NCBI GenBank assembly: GCA_963665775.2
Contig: CAXXTF010000002.1
Span: forward strand, 160,001 to 224,000
Reading direction: 5' to 3'
DNA length: 64,000 nt
DNA from: Dehalococcoidia bacterium
Lineage (GTDB): Bacteria; Chloroflexota; Dehalococcoidia; SM23-28-2; RBG-16-64-32
Shown here: one piece after another, positions 21,006-31,919 of the stretch
Position numbering within the stretch: position 1 is the first letter of the stretch
Layout of the letters: every line of letters begins with the position of its first letter
The notes under the pieces: model-generated
What the model was told of the DNA's origin: nothing
The model's database searches: none
What the model saw: only the letters and a program-made list of their open reading frames with translations
Translations under genes and position numbers: made by a program

Positions 21006-21893
21006 CTACTCGGCCAAGAACCCTTCCACCACCTGCAGAAAGGTAGCCAGTTGATCGTGCTGAACCCAGTGCCCGGCGCCCTCGACTACCACCGACCGGC
21101 AGTTAGGGATTACGGCGGCCCTACGCCCCCACGTGTCACGAGAGAGTGAACTTTCACTTCCAGTCATCACCAGGACAGGGGCACTAATGTTGGCCCAGAC
21201 CTCCTCGGCTTCCCTGTAATCGAAGCCGTAGTTTCTCGTGTAGTTATCGAACTTCCACGAGTAGGTCCCGTCGGCATTTCTCCTCGTGCCGTGCGATGCT
21301 AGGTGCTGCGCCATTTCGCGTGTTAGGTGGCGATTCGTCGCCATCATTCGATCCGTAGCATCTTCTATTGAGCGATAACTATGAGGCCGGCGCTGTTCCA
21401 TGTCGCGTATCTGTTTGATCCATCGGCCGATGCGGCTGTGCGCAGCTTCGTCACCATCGACTTGATGCTGAGGCATCGTCGACCCGAGTCCTTCAACGCT
21501 GATTACCTTGGCGACTGTCTCGGGAAATATTCCCGCATAGTAGAGCGCTATTATGCCGCCGCGGGAGTGGCCTATGATCGTGACGGGGGGCTGCAGCGCG
21601 TCGACGAGGGCCGCGATGTCCAGGACCCACTCCTTGATTTCGTACCGACCGCCGATTGCCCACTGGCTGTCGCCGTGCCCTCTCAGGTCCGGCGCATATA
21701 CGGCATAACGATCGCTGAGCGCCTGGGCGACCGGGTCCCAACTCCGGCAGTGATCCAGGCCGCCGTGGATTAGCAACAGTGGTTGGGATTGCCTATCGCC
21801 CCACACGACATAGTGCAGTCGGAGGCCGCCGGATGTGTAGTCGAAGGACGCCGGCTCGTCAATACTAGCGGCCCCTGGCCCGTGTACCTTCAC
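21006..21893 (-). CDS. Alpha/beta hydrolase
   Basis: IHGG, DLRGHGDS, GHSRGG nucleophile and GHWVQH motifs. Confidence 0.92.
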   Translation of the reverse strand: MKVHGPGAASIDEPASFDYTSGGLRLHYVVWGDRQSQPLLLIHGGLDHCRSWDPVAQALSDRYAVYAPDLRGHGDSQWAIGGRYEIKEWVLDIAALVDALQPPVTIIGHSRGGIIALYYAGIFPETVAKVISVEGLGSTMPQHQVDGDEAAHSRIGRWIKQIRDMEQRRPHSYRSIEDATDRMMATNRHLTREMAQHLASHGTRRNADGTYSWKFDNYTRNYGFDYREAEEVWANISAPVLVMTGSESSLSRDTWGRRAAVIPNCRSVVVEGAGHWVQHDQLATFLQVVEGFLAE

Positions 21894-22086
21894 AGTTTAA
21901 TTCTCCCTCAAGTACGAATCCGACTTACGCCATCCCGGGCAGAATGCGACTTATCGGTCGCATCGCATGCTAGGGCATTATACACGGGCAAGTACCCAGA
22001 CGCGTTAGGGCTGAGCCCTTGAACGAGGAGTCTATAATGACCACGGAATATACGTGAGTCGGAGTAGCCAGAGGGGTGTAACACGG

Positions 22087-22863
22087 ATGGTACTTCCAGG
22101 GAAGACGGCAATCATAACCGGAGCCGGAACAGGCTTGGGAGCGGGAACTGCCAAGCTCTTTGCCAAAAATGGCGCAAACGTCGTCTTGATAGGGAGGCGG
22201 GCCGCCAAGCTTGAGGAAGTCACGGAATGGATACGGGCCGAGAGAGGTTCGGCGCTGCCCATACCGGGGGACATCACGAAATTGAGAACCGTGCGCTCGC
22301 TCGTTGCCCAAACTATCGCGGAATTTGGAGGCGTCGACATTCTTGTGAACTGCGCTGCCAGGCATCCGAAGTGGAACTATGCCCACAGGGTCAGCCTCCA
22401 GCACTTCGACGAGTCATTTTCAGTCAACTTGCGGGCCCCGTTCATGCTCATCCGTGAGGTAATTCCATCAATGCTGGAGCGAGGCGGAGGTTCGATCATT
22501 AATTATTCGTCCATACTTGGCGTGAGGGGTACAAGATTCGCTGCCGCTTACTGTGCTTCAAAGGCCGGCCTGGTGAACCTGACGCGGGCGGTCGCTCTGG
22601 AATATGCAGACAAAGGAATCCGAGTGAACTGCATCTGCCGGGGCGGGATCCGTCCAGTGGACGGTCCCGTAGACGACCGCCATTACACGCTGGAAGAGCA
22701 GGCGATGCTCGCCGAGGCCGGGAGATCGCGCTCACCGGTGCCCTTGGGTCGCGCCGCGACACCAGACGAGATGGCGCAGACGCTCCTATACCTCGCCGGA
22801 CCGCACTCGGTCCATGTCACCGGTTCAGTGATCAACGCTGATGGCGGATCGAGCGCGGGCTAG
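22087..22863 (+). CDS. SDR family oxidoreductase
   Basis: TGAGTGLG, YCASK and GIRVN motifs. Confidence 0.92.
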   Translation: MVLPGKTAIITGAGTGLGAGTAKLFAKNGANVVLIGRRAAKLEEVTEWIRAERGSALPIPGDITKLRTVRSLVAQTIAEFGGVDILVNCAARHPKWNYAHRVSLQHFDESFSVNLRAPFMLIREVIPSMLERGGGSIINYSSILGVRGTRFAAAYCASKAGLVNLTRAVALEYADKGIRVNCICRGGIRPVDGPVDDRHYTLEEQAMLAEAGRSRSPVPLGRAATPDEMAQTLLYLAGPHSVHVTGSVINADGGSSAG

Positions 22864-22953
22864 CGACGGTCGGCGGTGTAAACTTCACTTCGTCGCTTCA
22901 ACTAGCAGGTCGTCGCGGGAGGGCCCCGGGCGAAGGGTTCGCTGGCTGGTGGT

Positions 22954-23805
22954 TTACAGGGGCTCCCACTTCCGCCGGGAATCCTCCAACCGTAGGCGGC
23001 CCAGCCCTGGATACGCGGCGTGCACGCAGATGAGCAGGGCCCGGCGGTCGATGGCCCGCTCGATGAGCCGTTTTTTCGTCTTCAGGGAGACCAGGGGCAG
23101 CACGTCGAAGGCGGAGATCCAGGCGATGCGCTCCAGCATTACCGGCTGTTGGGCCACCTCTCCCAGGAAGACGGCCAGCTGGCCTGCCGACTCCAACTCA
23201 ACGATGCAGTGATCCCGCGTGTGGCCGGGAGCCGGCACCATGCGCACCCCTTCGATGATCTCCGCCTCCCCCTCCACAAGCTCCACCTGTCGCCTGTCCT
23301 GTAGGGGCTCAAGGTTTTCCGCCAGATAGGTGGTGCGCGTACGCTCGTTAGGATGGCTGGCCGCTTCCCACTCCCCTCGCTGCAGGAAGTAGCGGGCTCG
23401 CGGGAAGGCTGGCACCAGTCGTCCCGCGGTGATGGCCGTGTTCCCCCCGGCGTGATCGAAGTGTAGGTGGCTGTTCACTACGATATCCACATCATCGGGT
23501 CGGATCCCTTCTCGGGCCAGGTTCTCCAGGAGCGCGCCGGAGCCTTCTGTGCCAGCGGCCGCCGGAGTTCGAGTCGTCTTCCTGCCAGCTCCTGTCTCTA
23601 GGAGAACGGTCTTGCCCCCAGAGCGCACGACCAGGCAGTTCAGGCCCAAGGGCAGGCGGTGCTTGTCGTCCAGGTCTGACACGGAGGCCTCCCACATGAC
23701 CCTGGGCGTAAGGCCGAAGACGGCGCCGGCGTCCAGCCGCAGCGTGCCATCGCTCACCACCAACAACTCTAGGTTACCCAGCTGGAACCACTGACTCATT
23801 GGCAT
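22954..23805 (-). CDS. MBL-fold metallo-hydrolase (YtnP/lactonase-like)
   Basis: LDAGAVFG, SHLHFDHAGG and PGHT motifs. Confidence 0.9.
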   Translation of the reverse strand: MPMSQWFQLGNLELLVVSDGTLRLDAGAVFGLTPRVMWEASVSDLDDKHRLPLGLNCLVVRSGGKTVLLETGAGRKTTRTPAAAGTEGSGALLENLAREGIRPDDVDIVVNSHLHFDHAGGNTAITAGRLVPAFPRARYFLQRGEWEAASHPNERTRTTYLAENLEPLQDRRQVELVEGEAEIIEGVRMVPAPGHTRDHCIVELESAGQLAVFLGEVAQQPVMLERIAWISAFDVLPLVSLKTKKRLIERAIDRRALLICVHAAYPGLGRLRLEDSRRKWEPL

Positions 23806-24008
23806 GGGGGAACTAAGGAGGCAAAACCTTCAATGTAACGATTCCGCATCAAGGCGTAGTAGCCCATTGTTCTTATGAGAAAGTCGGGCACGGCAACCAC
23901 GTTCTGGTCCCCAATATAAGCCTCAACCCCGATAGGCCACAACCTTGAACCCGATATGTACAGCGGGGAATCCCACAGATTTCGCCCTCTGCCCGCGGCC
24001 TGCTGCAA

Positions 24009-24370
24009 CTACGAGTCAGCGCTGGTCTCTGGATCAGGATTGTCCCTCGTGTCAAGCTTGTCTTGGACTGAACTGGCGGATCCCTGAATCCCATGCCAGA
24101 AGTCTGCACGGAACTCTAGCTTGAGCGCATCGAGCCCGATGTCTACACCGGTCACGAATTGCAGCGTGGCTGGCAGAATGAAATTCGTGATGCGAACTGG
24201 CCGCCCGAAAATTGGCAGCCAGTGAACGGGATGAAGCTCCTCGGCACATGGGCGCATATAGCGCTGGCGGAGGGGCATCCGCTCAGCGTGTGCCTCAGCC
24301 GACATGGGAGAGTAAGCCAGATCGTATATGTCCTTTACCCCCGTCTCTATGGCCATCGTCCTTGTGTCTT
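24009..24370 (-). pseudogene. C-terminal gene fragment truncated by IS3 (possibly DUF5677-like)
   Basis: Y...YSPMS..AH and C.E.LHP.H motifs; the frame abuts the IS end at 24371. Confidence 0.4.
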
Positions 24371-25643
24371 TGACCTGCCCCCCTAAACGCTACCACAGGC
24401 TATGTTAGTGTGGCCATCGCCGTAGTCTCCAGGGATGGCGCGGTGGAGCCCGGCCATGGCACGATCGCTTGCGGTGCTGGCGGCCGGTAGCCGAGAGCGC
24501 TATGCGGGCGCACCTCGTTGTAGTTCCGTCGCCACCGCTCGCAGAGGACCTGTGCTTCCAGCACCGTGTCGAACATCTCCCCATTCAATAGTTCATCACG
24601 TAGCTTCCCATTGAACGACTCGATGTAGCCGTTCTCCCAGGGGCTCCCGGGCTCGATATACAGAGTCTGCACGCCTACCCGCTCTAGCCAGGTCCGGAGC
24701 GCACGTGCCGTGAACTCTGGCCCGTTGTCCGAGCGCAGGTAGCGAGGCGTCCCGCGCTCGACGAAGAGCTGGGCCAGCTCTGCCAGCACGTCATCACTGG
24801 TGATCTGCCTCGCCACCTGGATAGCCAGGCACTCCCTTGTGAACTCGTCCAGCACCGTCAAGAGCCGCAGGGGACGGCCGTCGCTGGTGCGGGTAAACAC
24901 GAAGTCGTAGCTCCAGACGTGGTTGGGCTCAGTCGGCCTGAGCCTAACGCAGGAGCCATCGGTCAGCCATAGCCGCCTCCGCTTCGGCTGCTTCGCCGGC
25001 ACCTTCAGCCCTTCCCGCCGCCAGAGCCGCTCTACCCGCTTGTGGTTCACCCGAAAACCCTCCTCTCGCAGCAGGGCGGTCACCCGTCGGTAACCGTAGC
25101 GCCCGTACTCGGTCGCTAGCTCCACCATCCGCCTCAGCAGCCTCCCTTCATCGTCGGGAGGAGAACCCCACCGCCGCTGCGTCGATCGCTCCTGCCCCAG
25201 GGCCTGGCAGGCCCGGCGCTCCGAGATGACCGCGTGGCCCAACGCATTCCGCACCCAGGCCACCGCCTGTCGTCTCTTGGCCGGGCTCAGAAGTTTCCCT
25301 GCGCCGCCTCCTTCAGGATGGCGTTGTCCAGGGAGAGATCGGCTACCAGCTTCTTCAGCCGCAGGTTCTCCTGCTCCAGCTCCCGCAGCCGCTTGGCCTG
25401 CTCCCTCCTCAGGCCGCCCTACTCCTTCCACCAGCGGTAGTAGGTCTGCTCTGCCACGCCCAGCTTCCTGCAGACCTCGGGCACAGCCAGGCCCTTAGCC
25501 AGCCCGACCTCCGCCTCCCTCAACTTGTTGATGATCTCCTCTGCCGTGTGATGCTGCCTGCCCAATCCTTCTGCCCCCTTTCTCTGGTCCAGAACCCCTG
25601 ATTACTAACATTGGGCCTGGACTCGTTTTCGGGGGCAAGGTCA
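24371..25643 (-). mobile_element. IS3 family (IS407-like) element, copy 1; orfA has a nonsense codon
   Basis: IRs TGACCTGCCCCC / GGGGGCAAGGTCA; orfB WSYDF, RSDNGPEF, PWENG.IESFNG; TAG at 25419-25421 in orfA; GGGAAAC slip site intact. Confidence 0.93.
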
Positions 25644-26061
25644 CGACCTCTCGCGTGAGCTGGGGATCGCTCTCGGAGTGGCCGTCCTTGGCAGCATCGT
25701 CAGCGGCCTATACCGCGGCAACGTCACCGGCGCCGTGGACGGGCTGGTCTCGGCGGAGGAGGCCGGCCAGATCGGTGAGAGCCTCGGCTCCGTCGACGCG
25801 ATCACGGCCGGCCTCTCGCCGGCGGTGGCAGCCGCGGTCAGCAACGCGGTCAACCAGTCGTTTGTGGACGCTCTCAATATCGGGTTCGTCGCGGCGGCGG
25901 GATTCGTGGCCCTGGCGCTCGCAGTGGCGGCGGCCCTCATACCGTGGCGGATGCGGGCAACCCAGGCGGAGCTGTGGAACGCCGACGATGGGGTTGAGCC
26001 TGAGGAGGACCGGTCCGGCGAAGACGCCAGCAGTGAGGACGCCGCCCCGGGCATTGCCTGA
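25644..26061 (+). pseudogene. DHA2-type MFS transporter C-terminal fragment
   Basis: RELGIALGVAVLGS...Y..., ESLG and F..AL motifs; begins at the IS end. Confidence 0.75.
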
Positions 26062-26197
26062 ATCTAGTGTTCTACCATTGGTAGTGGCGTTGAACCCAAG
26101 CCATGCCATCAGGCGGCCTTTACTCAGGTTTGATGACTCTGTAAGATTCAGTCTTGATAGCGCAGGTGCAGGTCAAGAGGAGAATTAGGAGACCCCC

Positions 26198-26656
26198 ATG
26201 TTACAAGTAGGTCAGAGGGCGCCCGACTTTTCGCTCACGGATCATACGGGCCAACGCGTCAGCTTAACAGATCTCAGGGGAAAAAAAGTCTGGCTTTGGT
26301 TCTTCACTTCTCCGGGAGGCAACAACTGAACCCGTCACAGTCACGGGTACCGTGACCACTATGCCGACTTCCTCGCCAAGGACATAGCGATTTACGGAGT
26401 AAATGACGGCAGCCTGGAAGCCACGCGAGAGTGGGTCCGGAGGGAAGAGCTGCCATTCCCCATTCTCTTGGACCGGGAGCGCTCGCTGGCCACGGCCTAC
26501 GGGATCGCCGAGCCGGGTTCAGAGCGTTACGTCGCTAATAATGCGGAAGGCAGACGTCCTGCAGTTGTCTTGGACGAGGCAGGGATAGTCCTTAAGGTCT
26601 TGCCGGATCTTACTACGGTCGAGGCTCAGCTAGAGACGTTAGCTGACCTCGACTAA
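26198..26656 (+). CDS. Selenocysteine-containing peroxiredoxin (AhpC/TSA, BCP-like)
   Basis: MLQVGQRAPDFSLTDHTG.RVSL.DLRGK..WLWFFTSPGGNN-TGA-T; the frame continues to ..LPFPILLD..AYG..RRPAVVLDEAG; TGA at 26327-26329 sits at the catalytic Cys position; AGGAG RBS. Confidence 0.85.
26340..26356 (+). promoter_or_regulatory. Putative bacterial SECIS hairpin
   Basis: GTCACG-GGTAC-CGTGAC stem-loop starting 11 nt after the TGA, with G as the first loop base. Confidence 0.65.
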
Positions 26657-26769
26657 TCTGTCCCTCAGGGACGATCCCAAGAAGTGGAAATCCGGGAGAC
26701 GTTGGTTCAGATTCCTCAGGGTCCTTCAACTATCCTCACGCATTACGTGGCCGGGCCGGAAAGACCTGC

Positions 26770-26798
26770 ATATACGGATGTCATTTTGGCACCTCACA
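26770..26798 (+). repeat. Degenerate rve-element terminal repeat
   Basis: ATATACGGATGTCATTTTGGCACCTCACA versus AGATACGGATGAGATTTTGCCCCCCACA. Confidence 0.55.
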
Positions 26799-27027
26799 GG
26801 TGTGGAGGTGGGTGCCGTTGTAGAAGCGGAGGTAGTCATGGCGGAAGCGCTCCCACTCTTCTTCCAGGAGGCGGGCAGCGCCGACGCCGCCGGCGAGGAC
26901 GGCGAACTTAGGCCTTTTTTCTGCGGCCGCGCCCCGAGTTCTGGCAGAATCGTTCACAGCACATAAGTAGCCGTCCGGCGGCGGGAGTCAACATCGGCTC
27001 GGCCTCCGGACCAGGGGCAGCTCTAAG

Positions 27028-28731
27028 CCCGAATCCACCGAAGGACGGCCTTGGGGACAGTCCTTGAAGAAGCCATCGGGTGCTCCTCTGAATCTGGGAT
27101 AATGGTTTTGGAACAGAAACCAGCCCGGAAACAAGGAGCACCCAATAGATGCTGCCACAGAACAAACCCGACCGTATCCGCATCCTCTTTGACGACCATC
27201 GCCTGGTGGCCAATGCCGGCCTGCTCCTGCCAGCCACCCTAGCCCGGCACCTGGGCCTGCGGGAACTCGTCGACCATCACCTTGACCTCGGCGGAGCGCT
27301 GGGACGGGCGAACACTGGGGACAAGATGCTGACGCTGGTCGCTTCCGCGCTGGCAGGCGGCGACTGCATCGACGACGCCGATGCGCTGCGCGCTGGTGGG
27401 ACGGTCGGTGTTCTAGGCTGCGTGGTCAAGGCGCCATCCACCCTGGGGACCTTCCTGCGCAGCTTCCGGTGGGGGCATGTCCGTCAACTCGACCGCGTGA
27501 GCCGCCAGTTGTTGGCCCGGGCCTGGGCCGCTGGGGCCGGACCCGGCGACTCGCCCCTGACCATCGACCTGGACTCGACCATCTGCGAGACCTATGGACT
27601 GGCCAAGGAGGGAGCGCGCCACCACGGCTATACCGGCGCCCGCGGCTATCACCCGCTGCTGGCCATTGCCGCCGGCACCGGCGAGGTGCTGATGTCCCGG
27701 CTGCGCGAGGGCCGGGCCAACACCGCCCGTGGCGCCGCCCACTTCCTGCGTGAGACGGTGGGGCGGGTGCGCTACGGCGGGGCCAGGGGACAACTCACGG
27801 TGCGGGCCGACAGCGGCTTCTACGCCCACACTGTCGTTGCCGCCTGCCGGGAAATGGATGTCCGCTTCTCTATCACCATCCGCCAGCGCGCCAGCCTGCG
27901 GGACCTGATCGAGGCGATACCAGAGGAGGACTGGACTCCCATTCCCTACTGGATGGACGGCGCCGCCGATGTCGCCGAGACGACTTACACCCCGTTCCAG
28001 ACCAAGCCGGACGCCGCGCCGGTGCGGCTCATTGTCCGGCGGGTGAAGCCGACGCCCGGTTCCCAGCTCGCCCTCTTCGCCAGATACAGCTATCACGCCT
28101 TCATCACCGACCGCGATGGGGAGACGCTGGAACTGGAGGCTGATCATCGCCGCCACGCCGAGGTCGAGAACGCCATACGCGACCTCAAGTACGGCGTCGG
28201 GCTGAACCACATGCCGTCGGGGCGCTTCGCCGCCAACGGCGCCTGGCTGGCGGTCCAGGTGATGGCGCATAACCTGGCCCGCTGGACAGCCCGCATCGGC
28301 CTGGGTCAGCAGATCGTGACCACCAAGACCCTCAGGCGGCGGGTCTTCGCTCTGGTGGGACGGATCACCCGCTCGGCGCGCCGCCTCACTTTGCATCTCC
28401 CCCGGCGCTGGCCTTGGGAAACCCAGTTCAGTCGCGCCTTGGCCCGGCTGCAAGCCATTCCATTCCCGGCCTGACGGCCAGCCTGCAACTGACCCAACGT
28501 CCCCGCAATCTCGCGCCACCCCGGTCGCGAGAGTCCCCTGCTGCGTATCCTCTCGCCATCCCGCGCATCGCAACTCCCGCATAGGGCCTTAGGGGCCCTG
28601 TGCGGCGACTGAAGACCGTCCGCCGGCCTCCCATCTACCCCAAGACCCCAGGCCATCTCCCCTGTAGCTCCCTCACCCACCCCCTTCCGCTGTCCTCACG
28701 CCGTCCATCCGTGTCCTTCGGTGGATTCGGG
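27028..28731 (+). mobile_element. IS1380 family element, intact
   Basis: IRs CCCGAATCCACCGAAGGAC / GTCCTTCGGTGGATTCGGG; 5-bp target duplication CTAAG on both sides. Confidence 0.93.
27149..28474 (+). CDS. IS1380 transposase
   Basis: IDLDST, GYHPL, VRADSGFY and HR.HA.VENAIRDLK motifs. Confidence 0.93.
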   Translation: MLPQNKPDRIRILFDDHRLVANAGLLLPATLARHLGLRELVDHHLDLGGALGRANTGDKMLTLVASALAGGDCIDDADALRAGGTVGVLGCVVKAPSTLGTFLRSFRWGHVRQLDRVSRQLLARAWAAGAGPGDSPLTIDLDSTICETYGLAKEGARHHGYTGARGYHPLLAIAAGTGEVLMSRLREGRANTARGAAHFLRETVGRVRYGGARGQLTVRADSGFYAHTVVAACREMDVRFSITIRQRASLRDLIEAIPEEDWTPIPYWMDGAADVAETTYTPFQTKPDAAPVRLIVRRVKPTPGSQLALFARYSYHAFITDRDGETLELEADHRRHAEVENAIRDLKYGVGLNHMPSGRFAANGAWLAVQVMAHNLARWTARIGLGQQIVTTKTLRRRVFALVGRITRSARRLTLHLPRRWPWETQFSRALARLQAIPFPA

Positions 28732-29688
28732 CTAAGGCGTGAGGACGATCTTCCCGAAGAAGCTCGAGCTCTCCATGAGCCGGTGCGCCTCCGCGGTCTG
28801 GGACAGCGGAAAGATGCGATGCACTCTGGGCCGAACAAGGCCCAGCGAGACCAGCCGCAGCATCCCCTGCATGCCTTCCCGGACCATGTGCTCGGTGCGC
28901 GGACCCACGCCCATGATCTGGATGCCCTTCACGAACACCTGCCCCAGATGTAGCTCGACCCGGTGCCCCGCCGTAACGCCGCACGTGACGAACCGGCCGT
29001 ACGGCTTCAGGCTCCTCACGCAGGCCTCCCATACCGGCGCCCCTACGTGTTCGATGATAACGTCGACGCCCTGGCCGGCCGTGTACTCCATGACTCGCCC
29101 AATAATGTCATCCTCATAGTGGTTGATCGTCTCGTCCGCCCCCAGCGCCCGGGCTTCCTCGCGCTTCCCCTCCGTGCCGACGGTGGCGATAACCCGTGCG
29201 CCCGCGGCCTTAGCGATCTGGACGGCATAGTGGCTGACCCCGCTTCCCGCCGCCATTACGAGCACGTCCTCACCAGGCCGGAGGTGCGCCCGCTCCATCA
29301 GCATTGTGTAGGCCGTCTCGCCCGCAGTCGGTAGAGCTCCGCCCTCCTCAAAGGAGCAGTTCTCCGGCAGGGGAAACGTGCTACGCGCCGAGGCCAGGGC
29401 GTACTCGGCGCAACTGCCACGGCCTCCGGCCACTACGCGATCGCCGACCGCAATGCCCTCCACCGCCATCCCGACTTCCACGACCTCGCCAGCGATATCC
29501 CGGCCCGGCACGTGCGGCGGCGTGAACGCCGTACCGTGCGATCCTTCTCTGGTGAATATGTCGAGGCGGTCGAGTGAGGTGGCCCTGACCCGAATTAGCA
29601 CATCGTTGGGGCCCGGTCGGGGGCCAGGCAGGTCATCGTAGATCAGGACGTCCGGCGAACCGGCCTTCACAAAGTAGACAGCTTTCAC
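28732..29688 (-). CDS. MDR/zinc-binding dehydrogenase family (quinone oxidoreductase-like)
   Basis: PGRDIAGEV, AAGSGV and FGKIVL motifs; its stop codon lies in the IS1380 target duplication. Confidence 0.9.
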   Translation of the reverse strand: MKAVYFVKAGSPDVLIYDDLPGPRPGPNDVLIRVRATSLDRLDIFTREGSHGTAFTPPHVPGRDIAGEVVEVGMAVEGIAVGDRVVAGGRGSCAEYALASARSTFPLPENCSFEEGGALPTAGETAYTMLMERAHLRPGEDVLVMAAGSGVSHYAVQIAKAAGARVIATVGTEGKREEARALGADETINHYEDDIIGRVMEYTAGQGVDVIIEHVGAPVWEACVRSLKPYGRFVTCGVTAGHRVELHLGQVFVKGIQIMGVGPRTEHMVREGMQGMLRLVSLGLVRPRVHRIFPLSQTAEAHRLMESSSFFGKIVLTP

Positions 29689-29854
29689 GAGAGCCTCCAG
29701 TACTCGGCGCGATCATTGAGAATTTGGATAGCGAGCCCGATGGGCACCACCGCGTCCGTAACGATGAAGTAAGTCAACTGGTGCTTCCTGGCGAGAAACT
29801 TCTCGGTCTGCCTATCAATCCTCAGGTCGTAATTGGTTGGCTGGCCAATGACCG

Positions 29855-30060
29855 TCAACCTGCTAGGTCGTGCCCCTTGTTTCTGAAGATAGGAAAGAGA
29901 TCGGCCAACTGCGCGTTCATGTCGGGGCCGGCGGCTACAGTTTTGATTATCTCATTAAACTGGGCAAGCCGCTCGTCTCCCCACTCGTCCAATGAGGTAC
30001 CTGTGCCTGAGTATGGGTTGTAATAGGACCGTGCGATGATGATAGTGTCCGGGCCCGCGC
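29855..30060 (-). pseudogene. SGNH/GDSL hydrolase internal fragment
   Basis: I...YYNPY....FNEII..VA....LADL..IF pattern; no start or end. Confidence 0.45.
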
Positions 30061-30109
30061 CGCTCCTATGAGATCGCTCCGCCACGGGCGCTCCTCAATG
30101 GCGCCGCCG

Positions 30110-30353
30110 TGCTCGGTGCGCGAGCCGACCGAGGTGCAATCGGGCCGCATTGAGGGAGCGATCCACGTGCCGCTGGGTGAGCTGGAAGCAAACCTGGACA
30201 AGCTCACAAAGGAACGTCCCATCGTCGCGCATTGCGCCCACGGCGAGCGCGACGACCGCTGTCTCGATCCTTGAGCGCGCCGGCTTCAGGCCGCTGCTGG
30301 TCCTGAAGGGCGGCTTTGACGGCTGGACGGAGGCTGGCTATCCAGCGGTGTGA
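30110..30353 (+). pseudogene. Rhodanese domain fragment with frameshift
   Basis: VREP.E...GRIEGA.HVPL, HCAHGER and LKGGFDGW motifs split across frames near 30250. Confidence 0.75.
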
Positions 30354-30394
30354 TGCTAGGGTTCAGAAGCCGATGCCCGTTCGCTGGCACGGTG

Positions 30395-30485
30395 GGGCCT
30401 CGGTGACTGCGTAATGCCCTAACGCTGGCCCAACTAGCTCACCGCGTCAACCTTCCCAGATACGGATGAGATTTTGCCCCCCACA
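30395..30485 (-). mobile_element. rve-element left end (inverted copy of 2705-2797)
   Basis: GGCCTCGGTGACTGCGTAATGCCCTAACGCTGGCCCAACTAGCTCAC...CAGATACGGATGAGATTTTGCCCCCCACA. Confidence 0.7.
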
Positions 30486-31122
30486 GACATCGGCAGCGCG
30501 CTATGAGCTCGTGGTCGTTTCGATATGATCTGGTAGCGGTCGCCGCCGCCGGATTACCGGCGCGGTTCAAGGTCGCCCGAGTTTTCCCGGGTCTGCCTAT
30601 ACCAAGCCTCGAAGTACGATTCGCCATCGGTGATAATTACTGGCGACACCGGCACTGACCCAGCTGTGGCACCCAGTAGGCTCCATCTGCGGAGCCTGGC
30701 CAAGACTCTCAGCATCTTCGCATCTGTTATTCTCTCGTCCATGGCGGCCTCCCCTTGCAGCGGTCTTCCAGCTCGGCTTATGGCCTTCACAATCAAGGAC
30801 GGAATCGGCGCGTGTTTGGTTCCCTGATCATCTAGCCGCACCGTTCACGACGACATCCCGGTGCTCGATCTGCGAAGGCCTCTGGCAGCTCACCGCTCCA
30901 TACGAACACGCTGGTACACTGATTATTTGCCGGACTGTGCCCAGGGCAGCTTGCCGGACAGATGAGTTGTGGTGGCACGCGCGCAGGCGAGCGCGCTAAT
31001 CACGAAGGCCCTCGAGCAAGGGGCAATACCTACCTGCCGCCAGCCTTAATCACTTGGGCGAGTAGTGCGGATGGGGGTTTGGCGTCCCACAGTCAAGAGA
31101 AGGCCGGATTCGGCCTCAAGGG

Positions 31123-31919
31123 TCAGATCGCTTCCTCAGTGGTCAGGTCGAAGGCGTGCGCCCGATCCATATCGAACACCACCTGTATGTCGTGGCCGGG
31201 CCCTGGTCCGGGAGTCCACCCTGGCCAGAAACGGCTCTCCGCCGTCCAGCAGCAGGTGGAGGAATATCTCGTTGCCCATCATCTCCGTAAGGTCCACCTT
31301 GGCGTTCACCTGACCGACGTTATATCCGGCGGCTGGAACTCCTGATCATGGACGTTCTCCGGCCTGATGCCGAACATTACCCGCTTGCCCAGGTAGGGTA
31401 GAAAGCGATCCACCTGACTCTCCGGCAGCTTCAGCTGGCCGCGTCCGTGTTCCAGGTGGATATCCCGGCCGCTACCCCTCACGTCCACCTCGAAGGTGTT
31501 CATTCCGGGGCTGCCGATGAAACCGGCCGCGAACAGGTTCCTGGGATGGCTATAGAGCTCCTGAGGGGTGCCCACCTGCTGGAGGACGCCGTCTTTCATG
31601 AGGGCGATGCGCGTAGCCATGGTCATCGCCTCCACCTGATCGTGGGTGACGTAGATGAAGGTGGTGCCCAGCCTCTCGTGCAGCTTGGTGATCTCCGCTC
31701 TTGTCTGGACGCGGAGCTTGGCGTCCAGGTTGGAGAGCGGCTCGTCGAACAGGAACACGGCGGGCTCGCGTACGATGGCCCGCCCCAGCGCTACGCGCTG
31801 CCGCTGGCCGCCCGATAACTGTCCCGGTTTACGCTTGAAGAGTTCCTCTATGCCCAGGATCTGGGCCGCCTCGGTCACGCGGCGCCGGATCTCGTCCTTC
31901 GGGATCTTTCGAAGCGTGA
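31123..31919 (-). pseudogene. MalK/UgpC-type sugar ABC ATPase, 5' end removed by IS3 and frameshifted
   Basis: [29 protein letters not shown] and YVTHDQ motifs; Walker A missing; C-terminus in other frames. Confidence 0.85.
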
